Shown one piece after another: positions 1-13,700 of a stretch of DNA of 64,000 nt. The stretch covers positions 2,170,001 to 2,234,000 of the forward strand of contig CATNEN010000012.1 of NCBI GenBank assembly GCA_950097015.1, in the 5' to 3' direction. Positions within the stretch are counted from its first letter, which is position 1, and the number at the start of each line of letters is the position of its first letter. This DNA comes from Macrostomum hystrix (taxonomy: Eukaryota; Animalia; Platyhelminthes). Under the pieces are notes generated by a model. The model was not told the origin of the DNA, ran no database searches, and saw only the letters and a program-made list of their open reading frames with translations. The translations under genes were made by a program, and so were the position numbers.

Positions 1-1483
1 TTGTGTCCCACAGTCTGAAACTGGACCGCATCATTGTGTCCCACAGTCTGAAACTGGACCGCATCATTGTGTCCCACAGTCTGAAACTGGACCGCATCAT
101 TGTGTCCCACAGTCTGAAACTGGACCGCATCATTGTGTCCCACAGTCTGAAACTGGACCGCATCATTGTGTCCCACAGTCTGAAACTGGACCGCATCATT
201 GTGTCCCACAGTCTGAAACTGGACCGCATCATTGTGTCCCACAGTCTGAAACTGGACCGCATCATTGTGTCCCACAGTCTGAAACTGGACCGCATCATTG
301 TGTCCCACAGTCTGAAACTGGACCGCATCATTGTGTCCCACAGTCTGAAACTGGACCGCATCATTGTGTCCCACAGAATGAAACTGGACCGCATCATTGT
401 GTCCCACAGTCTGAAACTGGACCGCATCATTGTGTCCCACAGTCTGAAACTGGACCGCATCATTGTGTCCCACAGTCTGAAACTGGACCGCATCATTGTG
501 TCCCACAGTCTGAAACTGGACCGCATCATTGTGTCCCACAGTCTGAAACTGGACCGCATCATTGTGTCCCACAGTCTGAAACTGGACCGCATCATTGTGT
601 CCCACAGTCTGAAACTGGACCGCATCATTGTGTCCCACAGTCTGAAACTGGACCGCATCATTGTGTCCCACAGTCTGAAACTGGACCGCATCATTGTGTC
701 CCACAGTCTGAAACTGGACCGCATCATTGTGTCCCACAGTCTGAAACTGGACCGCATCATTGTGTCCCACAGTCTGAAACTGGACCGCATCATTGTGTCC
801 CACAGTCTGAAACTGGACCGCATCATTGTGTCCCACAGTCTGAAACTGGACCGCATCATTGTGTCCCACAGTCTGAAACTGGACCGCATCATTGTGTCCC
901 ACAGTCTGAAACTGGACCGCATCATTGTGTCCCACAGAATGAAACTGGACCGCATCATTGTGTCCCACAGTCTGAAACTGGACCGCATCATTGTGTCCCA
1001 CAGTCTGAAACTGGACCGCATCATTGTGTCCCACAGAATGAAACTGGACCGCATCATTTTGTCCCACAGTCTGAAACTGGACCGCATCATTGTGTCCCAC
1101 AGTCTGAAACTGGACCGCATCATTGTGTCCCACAGTCTGAAACTGGACCGCATCATTGTGTCCCACAGTCTGAAACTGGACCGCATCATTGTGTCCCACA
1201 GTCTGAAACTGGACCGCATCATTGTGTCCCACAGTCTGAAACTGGACCGCATCATTGTGTCCCACAGAATGAAACTGGACCGCATCATTGTGTCCCACAG
1301 TCTGAAACTGGACCGCATCATTGTGTCCCACAGTCTGAAACTGGACCGCATCATTGTGTCCCACAGTCTGAAACTGGACCGCATCATTGTGTCCCACAGT
1401 CTGAAACTGGACCGCATCATTGTGTCCCACAGTCTGAAACTGGACCGCATCATTGTGTCCCACAGGCTGAAACTGGACCGCAT
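1..1483. repeat. 33-bp tandem array (TTGTGTCCCACAGTCTGAAACTGGACCGCATCA), runs off the window start
   Basis: Direct reading; about 45 near-identical units. Confidence 0.97.
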
Positions 1484-1981
1484 GACAGTCTTTTTGACCA
1501 ATGCTTGCTTCTATCCATAAATTAAATGTATCTATCATGTATATCTACTAACAGTTATATTACGCAAGCAAAATTGATGCCAAATAGAAAGATGGAAGGC
1601 AATACTTTAATGCACGAGCATTCATTTCTGATCCCTCAAAAGAAAAATTTGTATCAATAAGAAAATACGATTACGTTGATTATCTGAATATAATTAAACT
1701 ATAAAGTTCGCATACCGGGCTGTTTTAAACTTGCATGCAACATTTTCATTGAAAGCATGAGAAAATAGTGAAGAAACGACACGCCCGAGTAGCAATCAGC
1801 TTTTTGCTTATTATATTCAATTTTTATAACGTGAGCAACTAACTTTGAGGCTAAACTCATTTTTTGTTAAAATTACAAGATTAAGAAACAACAGTAAATG
1901 AAAAAATTCTTACACTGTACTTAAAGTAGATAATTAGGAAATCAAAGCTTTGATTTGCAGAAGAAAACTTCATTTTTGCAT

Positions 1982-3654
1982 CTAATGACGCTAGCTAATA
2001 TCCAGCTAATGACGCTAGCTAATATCCAGCTAATGACGCTAGCTAATATCCAGCTAATGACGCTAGCTAATATCCAGCTAATGACGCTAGCTAATATCCA
2101 GCTAATGACGCTAGCCAATATCCAGTTAATGACGCTAGCCAATATCCAGTTAATGACGCTAGCCAATATCCAGTTAATGACGCTAGCCAATATCCAGCTA
2201 ATGACGCTAGCTAATATCCAGTTAATGACGCTAGCCAATATCCAGTTAATGACGCTAGCTAATATCCAGCTAATGACGCTAGCTAATATCCAGCTAATGA
2301 CGCTAGCCAATATCCAGCTAATGACGTTAGCTAATGTCCAGCTAATGACGCTAGCTAATATCCAGTTAATGACGCTAGCCAATATCCAGTTAATGACACT
2401 AGCTAATATCCAGCTAATGACGCTAGCTAATATCCAGCTAATGACGCTAGCTAATATCCAGCTAATGACGCTAGCCAATATCCAGCTAATGACGTTAGCT
2501 AATGTCCAGCTATTGACGCTAGCTAATATCCAGTTAATGACGCTAGCCAATATCCAGTTAATGACGCTAGCCAATATCCAGTTAATGACACTAGCTAATA
2601 TCCAGCTAATGACGCTAGCCAATATCCAGTTAATGACGCTAGCTAATATCCAGCTAATGACGCTAGCTAATATCCAGCTAATGACGCTAGCTAATATCCA
2701 GCTAATGACGCTAGCTAATATCCAGCTAATGACGCTAGCTAATATCCAGCTAATGACGCTAGCCAATATCCAGCTAATGACGCTAGCTAATATCCAGCTA
2801 ATGACGCTAGCTAATATCCAGCTAATGACGCTAGCTAATATCCAGCTAATGACGCTAGCTAATATCCAGCTAATGACGCTAGCCAATATCCAGCTAATGA
2901 CGCTAGCTAATATCCAGCTAATGACGCTAGCTAATATCCAGCTAATGACGCTAGCTAATATCCAGCTAATGACGCTAGCTAATATCCAGCTAATGACGCT
3001 AGCTAATATCCAGCTTATGACGCTAGCTAATGTCCAGCTAATGACGCTAGCTAATATCCAGCTAATGACGCTAGCTAATATCCAGCTAATGACGCTAGCT
3101 AATATCCAGCTAATGACGCTAGCTAATATCCAGCTAATGACGCTAGCTAATATCCAGCTTATGACGCTAGCTAATGTCCAGCTAATGACGCTAGCTAATA
3201 TCCAGCTAATGACGCTAGCTAATATCCAGCTAATGACGCTAGCTAATATCCAGCTAATGACGCTAGCTAATATCCAGCTAATGACGCTAGCTAATATCCA
3301 GCTAATGACGCTAGCTAATATCCAGCTAATGACGCTAGCTAATATCCAGCTAATGACGCTAGCTAATATCCAGCTTATGACGCTAGCTAATGTCCAGCTA
3401 ATGACGCTAGCTAATATCCAGCTAATGACGCTAGCTAATATCCAGCTAATGACGCTAGCTAATATCCAGCTAATGACGCTAGCTAATATCCAGCTAATGA
3501 CGCTAGCTAATATCCAGCTAATGACGCTAGCTAATATCCAGCTAATGACGCTAGCTAATATCCAGCTAATGACGCTAGCTAATATCCAGCTAATGACGCT
3601 AGCTAATATCCAGCTAATGACGCTAGCTAATATCCAGCTAATGACGCTAGCTAA
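1982..3654. repeat. 24-bp tandem array (GCTAATGACGCTAGCTAATATCCA)
   Basis: Direct reading; about 70 units. Confidence 0.97.
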
Positions 3655-3949
3655 CAGATTGTACTTTTTAGAAACAAGAATATTCAAAAAATGCCTGGTC
3701 GCAAAAACTGAAGCAAATACAAACAAGTAAATAATAAACAAATCAATACGAACAAAAACTTTTTGTTTGCCATTTGAAATGGAGGAAAACAAAAAAAAGT
3801 TGTCAATGCATAAAATAACATAGCGTGGCTGAATCCTAGCCAGAAAATTTTTTTTTCGAGTAAGTTTAACAAAAATCTCTACTGAAATATTTGAACGCGA
3901 GCCCGCAAAGGACAAAGGCGGAGTCGAAGGCTTACCAACCAGAAGTTCG

Positions 3950-4460
3950 CACAGTCGCGCGGCGCAGGCAGGGCCGGATGACCGGAAGTCAAACCCGTAT
4001 ATTGTTAGTCAGTCGAGTAGTGTGACTCAGGCAGGGCAGCGTTCCCGTGGAGGGGGGCCAGGCAGTCGTGATTTTAGGTGTCGTACGTAGTTGTCTTGAG
4101 TGGGGCCGGCGGTGGCAGAGGCCAGGGTCCAGCGCTCCACAATAAATAGCACCGCGGCGGGGGGGAGAGCCCGGGGCTAAAGCCCCACCCCCGAGGGGCC
4201 AGGGCAGACCCAAGACCCCCAAAAAACACGGCCCGCCAATCAGCGCAGCGCACGGCATAAATAACTAGGGGGGAGGGAGGGTACATCAACCGGTGTAAGC
4301 CGGCCGAGTGAACAACAACAGGGGGAGAGGCGCAGGGTCGAAATGGCCCAGCCAATCAGCGCGGCGCAGGCCGAGATAAAGAATAAACAGCCAAGTGCGG
4401 GGGGGTGCAGCGCACTCACACAAGGTGCACTGGGCACTTTCATTCAACCCAGTCACCACA
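3950..4460. repeat. GC-rich interspersed element of unknown class
   Basis: Sharp GC island in AT-rich flank; two CCAATCAGCG motifs shared with islands at 8913 and 53732. Confidence 0.4.
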
Positions 4461-4588
4461 CTTCAAACTATTTATAGAATTTATAGATATTCATAGTTTT
4501 GAAACAGTTTGAAATCCGATTTCCTTCAAGAGAATGTAACGATTTGTTTATAAATTTGTTAGTGCTGATTGGGGCATTTCTAAACGGC

Positions 4589-4760
4589 TTACAGGACAGT
4601 GCTAAAAGTGTCATGAGCGTACAGGTCTGTGAGGCTGGCATTGGTGTCATTAGCGCTGGCTGTATCAACAACAGCGTCTAGGAGGCTGTTGTCATTGATG
4701 ATGGTAGGCTTCATTGGAAACGAGGGACCGTCTGTGTAACTCTCGTTTAGATGTGAATTT
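4589..4760 (-). CDS. Cadherin terminal exon 38 (NSHLNESY...HDTFSTVL*)
   Basis: tttcag| acceptor; ends in class I PDZ-binding T-x-L then TAA; followed by AT-rich 3' UTR. Confidence 0.68.
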
Positions 4761-7700
4761 CTGAAATTCGGAGAAATTTTGTTGAAATAAAGTTTCCCAA
4801 TATAAATTTGGAAATATAATTAAATAAATGAGTATTAATAAGTTTGTTAAAAATACACAATCAACACGATGAGTTTAAATTTAAACAGTTTCAAGACGGG
4901 TAATTAAGCAACGATTGCATAATAGTAATAGTAAATATAAATATTCACTAAGGTTTCAGAAGTAGTAATGGCAGTAGTAGTGGTATTAGTAGAATTAGAA
5001 TTTCTGAGATTAGTTACAGTAGTATATAATAATATAGTAATGTTAGTAGTATTAGTAGTGTTAGTAGTAGTATATAGTAGTAGAAGTATTAGTACTCAAA
5101 GTGCTGGGGGTAGTATTCGTACTAAAAATATAATTCTCTCCACAAAGCAATCCCAATAGGAGTCATAGTCATCAATCTAAGTTGTGCGTCAAAATGAAAG
5201 CGCAGGTGCGTATTAGTAGGTGGTGGGTGATCTAGTGCTAAAAGTGTGAAAATTGATCAGTCGAATCACTCAGAACACTAGATAACTGAGTGAGGCATAT
5301 TATAAAATGCAGCATTGTACGAGCCCCTAGAAGTGTGGCAACAGGCAGCCAGCAACCTGACAAGTCCCACGCTTGGCTGTCGGCCCCTGAAGACAGCTGA
5401 CTGGACAAAACTAGCGGCGACGGAGGCGGCCTGGGCGGACGGGGCAGCGGCGGCAGCGGCGTCGACCTGTTGCCGTTGGCGCCGAAGCCAGCTGACTGCG
5501 GCGGCGAGTTTGTGCGCCTTCTAACAGAGCTGATTTAGTTGAGCATTTGAGCGGACAGAGGGGAGAGGGAAAGAGGGAGTTGTGAAATTCGTGCTCGCAT
5601 TATTTTGGGCATGTGAATTTGCGATTTGTAACTTTGCATGCAAAATGCCTAAAAATTCATCATGCACAATGAAATAGTTAAAAAGTGCTGTATACGCCGT
5701 AAAACACTTTGATAAATACCCATTTGACATCATTTCTACTGCGGCTCTGCATTATTAGGTAAGTAAAACACTTTTTTGGTTCTAGAAAATGAGGTGGTGG
5801 ATGTAGGAGGATAGAAAATGGGGTGGTGGATGCAGGAGGATAGAGAAATGACGTGGTGGATGTAGGAGGATAGAGAAATGAGGGGGTGGATGTAGGAGGA
5901 TAGAGAAATGAGGGGTGGATGTAGGAGGATAGAGAAATGGGGGGTGGGTGCAGGAGGATAGAAAAAATAAGTGGTGGATGCAGGAGGATAGAGAAATGAG
6001 GGGGTGGATGTAGGAGGATAGAAAATGGGGTGGTGGATGCAGGAGGATAGAGAAATGAGGGGTGGATGTAGGAGGATAGAGAAATGGGGTGGTGGATGCA
6101 GGAGGATAGAGAAATGAGGGGGTGGATGTAGGAGGATAGAGAAATGGGGGGTGGGTGCAGGAGGATAGAAAAAATGGGTGGTGGATGCAGGAGGATAGAG
6201 AAATGAAGAGGTGGGTGCAGGAGGATAGAAAAAATGGGTGGTGAATGCAGGAGGATAGTGAAATGGGGTGGTGGATTCAGGTGGATAAAGAATTGAGATG
6301 GTCGTTGCAAGAGGGCAGAGAAATGAGGTGGTGCATGGGTACAGAAGGGTAGAGAAAAGGAGGTTGTTGGTGAAGGAGGATGGCGAAATTAGGTGTTTGG
6401 TGCAGGAGAATAAAGAAATGAGGGGTTGGGTGCAGGTAGTTTGAAAAACAGCCTCGTGTGCCCCTCTGCTATTAGGCAAGAAAAAACTTTGGAAATACAT
6501 TGAGAGATTTAAACACGCTATATTTAAGCTATATTTAAGCATCTCGTAAAGTGTTGCAGCATTAAAATAGCCCATAGCCGAATCAAATGACAACATATTT
6601 ATTTGAACTTTTAATACCATCAACCAACTGAAACCAAAGGTCTAATCTTTCGTGTTGAAACGAGTTGTGTACATTCAATGTACATTTTAGTGCCTAGAAT
6701 ATAAATTTAGTGCATAATAGTAATAAAAACTGTCTATAGTTACTGACTGAAGCTTACAGCTTTTGACGAAAAATCCTGGCTCATTGCTTAGGCAATTTCA
6801 GTTCTGCAAGCGCGTTTCAGTAATTTAATTTTTACTAAGATTAATAATGACCTCTATAGGTTGAAGCAATAAGAATTAGGGAAGTAGGTTGTCAAAACAT
6901 AGCAACGTATGTTTACCTTAGCAACCGCGGAAACTACCACTAGCCTATGTTAACAATTCTTTTCACAACCGAAATCCTTGCAACAGGAAACTCCAAATAA
7001 CCGAAATAAAACTTTGAATGTCATTTTCACTAAAATAGTGACGAGGTACATGAAATTTACCTGCAGCACTCAGTGAACTCAAGCCAAGCTACAATAACTG
7101 CTCCCTATCGTCCAGGCTAGTAACCTGGGGCCCGCCGAGTGAGGATATTCTCATGATGAGATCATTCCTGATCGCCGGTTCAGCACGATGGCATTACGTG
7201 TTATCAGTAAAAATTACACAAAATGAGTTTTTTCGATTCAGTGAAATCATGCAAGTGAGACACGTGAATGCAATATTTATTTTTACATGCGAATGTAAAA
7301 ATATGGAACTCATTGAAATACATTCCATATAATACCATCCGAAATACTTAAAGTAAATACAGACATCTTTGTAAGATTAGCGGAAGCTCAGAAAATAAAT
7401 TCGTTTGAAAATGAATGAATTTGGGGCGTCTGGTGGAGTGAAATGGCTGGGCTGCGGATTGAGGTGGCTGGGCTGCGGATTGAGGTGGCTGGGCTGCGGA
7501 TTGAGGTGGCTGGGCTGCGGATTGAGGTGGCTGGGCTGCGGATTGAGGTGGCTGGGCTGCGGATTGAGGTGGCTGGGCTGCGGATTGAGGTGGCTGGGCT
7601 ACGGATTGAGGTGGCTGGGCTGCGGATTGAGGTGGCTGGGCTGCGGATTGAGGTGGCTGGGCTGCGGATTGAGGTGGCTGGGCTGCAGAGTGATTGGTGG

Positions 7701-10700
7701 CTGTGCTGGAGAGTGAGGTGGCTCGGAGAGAGGTGGCTTGGGGGAGGTCGGGGGAAGGTATTGAAGAAGCTGTCAAAAGGTCTGACTTGTAATCATATGA
7801 CATTGCATTGGATTGTCATAGAATACTACTTTCATAACAACTAGTAAGGCAGAACTCACATTTGCATCGCCGGCGTGTCACCGTGCCTTGCTGTTGAGAC
7901 ATCGATCGGTGAGGTCATCGATGCCGCAGACGCAGGCTGCCCTCCCCGATTTGTAGCCGCAGCCAGCCAGGCGTCCTCCAGCATCTCGTCCTGCTGCTGG
8001 CCGCTGTTCACGATGATGATGGGGTTGCCGTCTTCATCCCTGCAAGAGAATCGGTTCGGGATTCCGAATTTCAGAGGCTGAGCTGAACTTTTATATTACT
8101 AACACATAAATTGTGGGGATGCAGTATGAAAACATGTCATCTGAGCGCAGCAGCTCATTCATGAAGCGCTTTGAGGGCTCATAAATGCCTAATTAAAAAA
8201 AGTTAATTTGTACAATGAGGCACAACAAATTTAGCATTCGAGGCTTTGAATTTGAGCAAACAGGTCGGAGCAAGCACCAGAAAGCCAGGTGGAGATTTGA
8301 TCACTCAGTTTACTGCACTGGCCACGAATTACTAGAATTTCGTGCTTATAGCTAAAAATAGACTTCATCTTCTCTAACCCTTTGCAACACCCACCACCTC
8401 ATTTTCTCTACCCCTTTTCAGCATCCACCACCTCATTTTTTCTACACTCTTTGCTGCACCCACCACCTCATTTTCTCTAACCCTTTGCAGCAGCCACCAC
8501 CTCATTCTCTCTAGCCCATTTGCAGCATCTCATTTTCATATTCTCTAGCCCCTACAATCTACAGCACCCACCTTATCTTAATCCTGTGCAGCATCCACCA
8601 CCTTAATCCAGCATTGCATTCTCATTAATTGTAATTAATATATTTTTTGAGGTTCGTGTATCGTTTTTCACGTAAAGGTATATAAAATTAACGGGAGCAT
8701 GCAGACATGGAAGTAATAAGGAAAACGTAAACCGTACTTAAAACCTGCCAATAACCAATTGTACTTTAGCCATGCACTTTTATGATTTAGCGGGTATGCC
8801 TAGGCACTTTTTAAATAGTCATTTAATTTACGTCAATCCGATATCAATGCCCTGAGACGGGTCGATGTACATCAGGCCGGGCTGGAACTGGTCCCAGTTG
8901 CGGCTGCAAGAACCAATCAGCGATTTGCGCAGCTATAAATAGTATCTTACAAAGTGGCGCGGGTTTTGTTACAGCATCACGTGCCTATCGGTATTAGATG
9001 CTAAAAATAGAATTTTTTAAAAGTCCGACGAAAGATTTCTTGCCTTTGATAGACATGGCCAAAACAAATAATAGGATAGATTAGTACAAGAAGATAATAT
9101 ATATAATATATTGATACACACGAAGAAAGTGCAATAAAACAACTTAGAAACGGTCACTATTGACTGTACTTCAAACTGCTAGCAGGAAATGCAAATTAAG
9201 TGTGGAACGATCTAATCAAGTTTAGGTAGGGCACAGTCTATGCAATTAAATTTCTTTTGTAGAGATTTGTAGCCAGTACTTTAGAAAGGACTAGGACTGT
9301 TGCAAAGGAAGCGGAAGATTAATAATCTGTTAGCGTGGAAGTGGCACTGGCATTGGATACAAAAGCATAGAGCCGCTAAAAATTACTTGTCGTCAAAGTA
9401 GAAATCCGTAAAGTGAAATCGAGTCCTGAAAATGGCAGACAATTATGTTGAAGAGCACGTCAGGGAAAAATAAATTTGGAATGTATTTTCCCTAGTAAAA
9501 ACACAATTCACACTAATTTACAGTAAACACGTAGCTCGTAAAGGCAGCTTTCAAGTTTAGTTACATCAAATGGTATGATTCTATTCAGTTTTAAGAAATA
9601 TTTCTAAAAAAATATATACTTGTAGACCCAGAAAACTAGTCATTTTTAGAAAACTTTCTGTTAACCTGGTACGCTGTTCCTATGACGTGATTCAGCCCAG
9701 TTCCTATAGAAATGATTTTGGAAACCCCAAATGCTGTTGCTATTTTTAGAAAAGTTTTTGTCAATGCTGTTGCTATTTTTAGAAAACTTTTTGCTACCCA
9801 TAAAATTAGTGCTATTTTTAGATGTCAAACACTAACGCTGTTGCTATTCTTAAAATGTGGTTTACTCCCGATTCGCCGAATCCCGATTCGCCGATTCCCG
9901 ATTCGCCGAAATTCCCGATTCGCCGAAATTCCCGATTCGCCGAAATTCCCGATTCGCCGAATTCCCTATTTGCCGAAAAAATTGCTAAGAACATTTTTGC
10001 TGAGCTACCGTACCTCATTACACTTTTACTTTCGGCTCTACAAGGATGTCCAGCAAGTTTTGCTTTTTCCGAAGTACGTGTGATGTTCTAATTTGCTCAC
10101 TCAATCTACGTTCCAGAAAGTTAAAGTTTAGAAGCAAGTTTACACGTTAATAAATGAAGAAAGTGCATTTCATTTAAGTTAGTTTTTTAATTAATTTCAA
10201 TACAATAGAAAATAGTTCCAATGTTTGACCAACACTCAAAGAGGACAATGGTTATGTGGTTTAATTTTTATTTATGATAAAGTAAGATGTATTGAATCAG
10301 GATTCGGCGAATCAGGATTCGAGTCAGGAATTTCGGCGAATCGGGAATCGGCGAATCGGGAATCGTTGAATCGGGATTCGGCGAATCGGGAGTAAACCTT
10401 AAAATGTAAGGAAAGACCATTTATAGATCGTACACCCCAAAAAGACTATAAATGGTCTTTATCTTACAGCCTTTTCTAAGAATAGCAACAGCATCTAAAA
10501 AATTGCTTACACATTGTCGCCACTGCGCAAAGAATCTGTGGTACTTGGAGCCGACTGGTAAAGGCCGTGAATCTCCTTCTTGGCAACCAGACGCTCGCGG
10601 CTGTTGCCTAGGACGCTATCTGCACCGTCCCTATAAACCGGGTTGTTAGCCTGGTACATGGCCGCCAGAGGACCGGGCGCGGCGGCGGTTGCCTCGGTCA

Positions 10701-13700
10701 ACCCGGCGGCGCCGTTAGCCTTGAAGCCGCCGGCGCCGTTGACGATGCCTTCGCGATCACCCCCGGAGGCCAGGATTCTCTTGCGTCGCTGCGCCTTGCG
10801 CTTGCACAGCCAGCAGAGCACAATTAGGCAGGCGAGCGCGGCCAGGAACAGCAGAATGCCTAGCACAATGAGAGCCACCTCGGCCGAGCTGAGAGTGCCG
10901 CCGCTAGACGATACTATCGGCGTGGCCGTTGTCGCCGCTGTGCCGTTGACGCCGGCGTCCGACGGCGAGCGAACCCCATCGAGAGTGGCGCCCAGCGAGG
11001 CGAAGTAGCTGACGATTTCGGATCGCTTGGCCTCAATTCTGGCACGCAGGTCGGCCTGAGTGAGCAATGCACCTGTGCTAGGGCTGTACGCGTACAGGTA
11101 GGCATCTGTCTTTGTGGGGTCTACCTGAAAATGAGGAGAGGAATCGTATACTTAAAAGAACTAAAATACTCGATAACAATAACTCCTATCCTCTCCTAGA
11201 CCCCCACCTCACTCCTGCCAATTGAAACATCCACCTCACTCCTGCTAATTAGAACATCCACCTCACTCCTGCCAATCGGAACACCCACCTCACTCCTGCT
11301 AATTAGAACATCCACCTCACTCCTGCTAATTAGAACACCCGCCTCACTCCTGCCAATTGGAACATCCACCTCACTCCTGCTAATTAGAACATCCACCTCA
11401 CTCCTGCCAATCGGAACACCCACCTCACTCCTGCTAATTAGAACATCCACCTCACTCCTGCTAATTAGAACACCCGCCTCACTCCTGCCAATTGGAACAT
11501 CCACCTCACTCCTGCCAATCGGAACACCCGCCTCACTCCTGCTAATTAGAACACCCGCCTCACTCCTGCCAATTGGAACATCCACCTCACTCCTGCCAAT
11601 CGGAACACCCACCTCACTCCTGCCAATTGGAACACCCGCCTCACTCCTGCTAATTAGAACACCCGCCTCACTCCTCCAAATTGGAACATCCACCTCACTC
11701 CTGCCAATCATAACACCCACCTCACACCTGCCAATCATAACACCCATCTCATTCCTGATCATCCAATAACACTGCAAAACCGGCCCATCTGAGCTTACTT
11801 TCGTTGAGCTGCCTGTTCCAGTCACTGCGCTCTCAAACTTTTCAATCCGTACGTCGGCACCCAGCAGAGCGGACAGGTTGGCCCGAATCTGGCTCTGGTA
11901 CAAGCCGAACTTGTCCGGCGCAATGCCGGCAGTCAGGACCAGTCGGCTGGCATCGGCCAGCAGACTGATGATCAGGTCCAGGCTGGTTGTGAAGACACCG
12001 TCGGTAGCCTGAGCACGCACTATTAAAGTGGCCACCGATGAAAAGGTGACCTTTGTGCGCACCTGTCCGCTAATTGAGTCCGCATAGAAGCTGTCGGTGC
12101 CATTGGTCAGCGAATAGCGAATTGTCGAATTCTCATCCTTATCAGTTGCCTGCAGTGAGGTTGTCGCGTTGTTTTTTTGCTTAAAGCTCAAGCTGCCATA
12201 TTCCAAAGCTCACATTTCGAGCTTAAGATTGTCGCCAATTTCTCCTCCTTCTGCCCCTTCCCTTTCGCGGGTTAGTTATCTGCACTTTTCTTTTCCTAAC
12301 CTCTCCCTGCTCGGTGATTGGTCATTCTAATATTGTTCTCTCTCTCGTGTCCAACCCTCGTGTTTCAAGCCGAAAAGACGGTCTCTTACTGCGTAGACTC
12401 AATTTATTGCATAAGTAACAAAAAAGGTCACCCAAATTGGCCATCTACCTGCAAGGTATATACCAGGCTGCTAACTGGCGCGCTGAAAGCCAACCCGACC
12501 AAATACGGACTTGACACCGCGAATATCGGCGGATTGTCGTTAACGTCGCCAACAGACAGCGCCAGTGTTGTCGTATCGCTGGTTGGAAGGGCCACAGCCG
12601 CGCGACGTCTTCGACCGCTGGCTGGCGCTGAGGCGGGCAGTGTTGCCTTGACAACCAGGCTGTAGGCGGGCACTGTCTCTCTGTCAAGGCTGTTTCGCAA
12701 GTACAGCTGACCGCTAGCGCTGTCCAGATCGAAAACAGTTGGACATGAGGCGATTGTGCAGGACTCTAGCGAGTATTGCACGGTGCGGCCCATGGCCTCA
12801 TCCGTGGTGCCAAAGTCGTAGATCAGAGTCCGACCACCGCCGCCGCTGTTCTCTGGCCAGAACAGGCTGAGGCTAGTCTGGGGAAACACAGCTTTGGTTG
12901 GCGCCACCAACCACAGCTGAAGGCTGGCCGAGGCCGAGTTGCCGACTGAATCCCTGGCAGTCACTGGCAGAGTGTAGACTCTCGTTGGCAGATCGCCGAG
13001 CAGACGACTCGTGCTCACTCTGCCCTGGCTATTGATTGAGAAGGCGCTGTTCAAGTTTCCAGTGGATGCCAGGGTATAGTTGAAGGCCGCCCCAGAGACT
13101 CCGGCAGGGATGTCAAACACTGGCGTGCCCGGAGCCAGGTTGTCAGGCAGGCTGGCATTGTAGAATGCCGAGTCGAATCTTGGAATCGAGCGGTCCAATC
13201 GCTGCACAGTGACAGACAGTGTGGCTGTGGATGACAGGGGCGGATTACCCAGATCAAAGGCCACGAGGATGAGGCTGTAGGCACTCTTGATGGCGAAGTC
13301 CAGTTTGCCCAGAGTCCTCAGCGACACATTCCCGGCTCCTGTGAGAACAGTTTTTTACAGGATAATTGTACTACTAATTAGTAGCACATTTAGTATGCGT
13401 CAAAAAGGAACGGTGCGAAAAAAAACTCAGGTGAACGCAAGCGTGAAAAAAGCAGTGGATGCACAATTTGTGAATACGGAAAATACAAGGACCACTAGAA
13501 GAAGAAGGATGGGACACTTCGTTTCTTGGAAATTTTTTTAAAGACAGATTTTCACGAAAAATGCTGCATCGGATCTGCTTCCGATAAAAAGTTATACATT
13601 TTTTAATCAGAAAAACGTGACAAGTTTCTATCTCGCTTTTGCATTTTTTAGTAAAAATCTGCCTTTAATACATTTTCCAAGAAAAGAAGTGTCCCTTCTT

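Noticed and set aside
3-3915. Long ORFs 3..1520, 1942..3915 and 1955..3730 encoding repeat proteins
   Set aside because: They are stop-free frames of 33-bp and 24-bp arrays, open on both strands in one case. Units are near-identical at the nucleotide level with no codon-position pattern and no unique domains.
4598-5247. 14-bp match AGTGCTAAAAGTGT between the terminal exon and intron 37
   Set aside because: Short, AT-rich and in a different reading frame; no evidence for a duplicated terminal exon.
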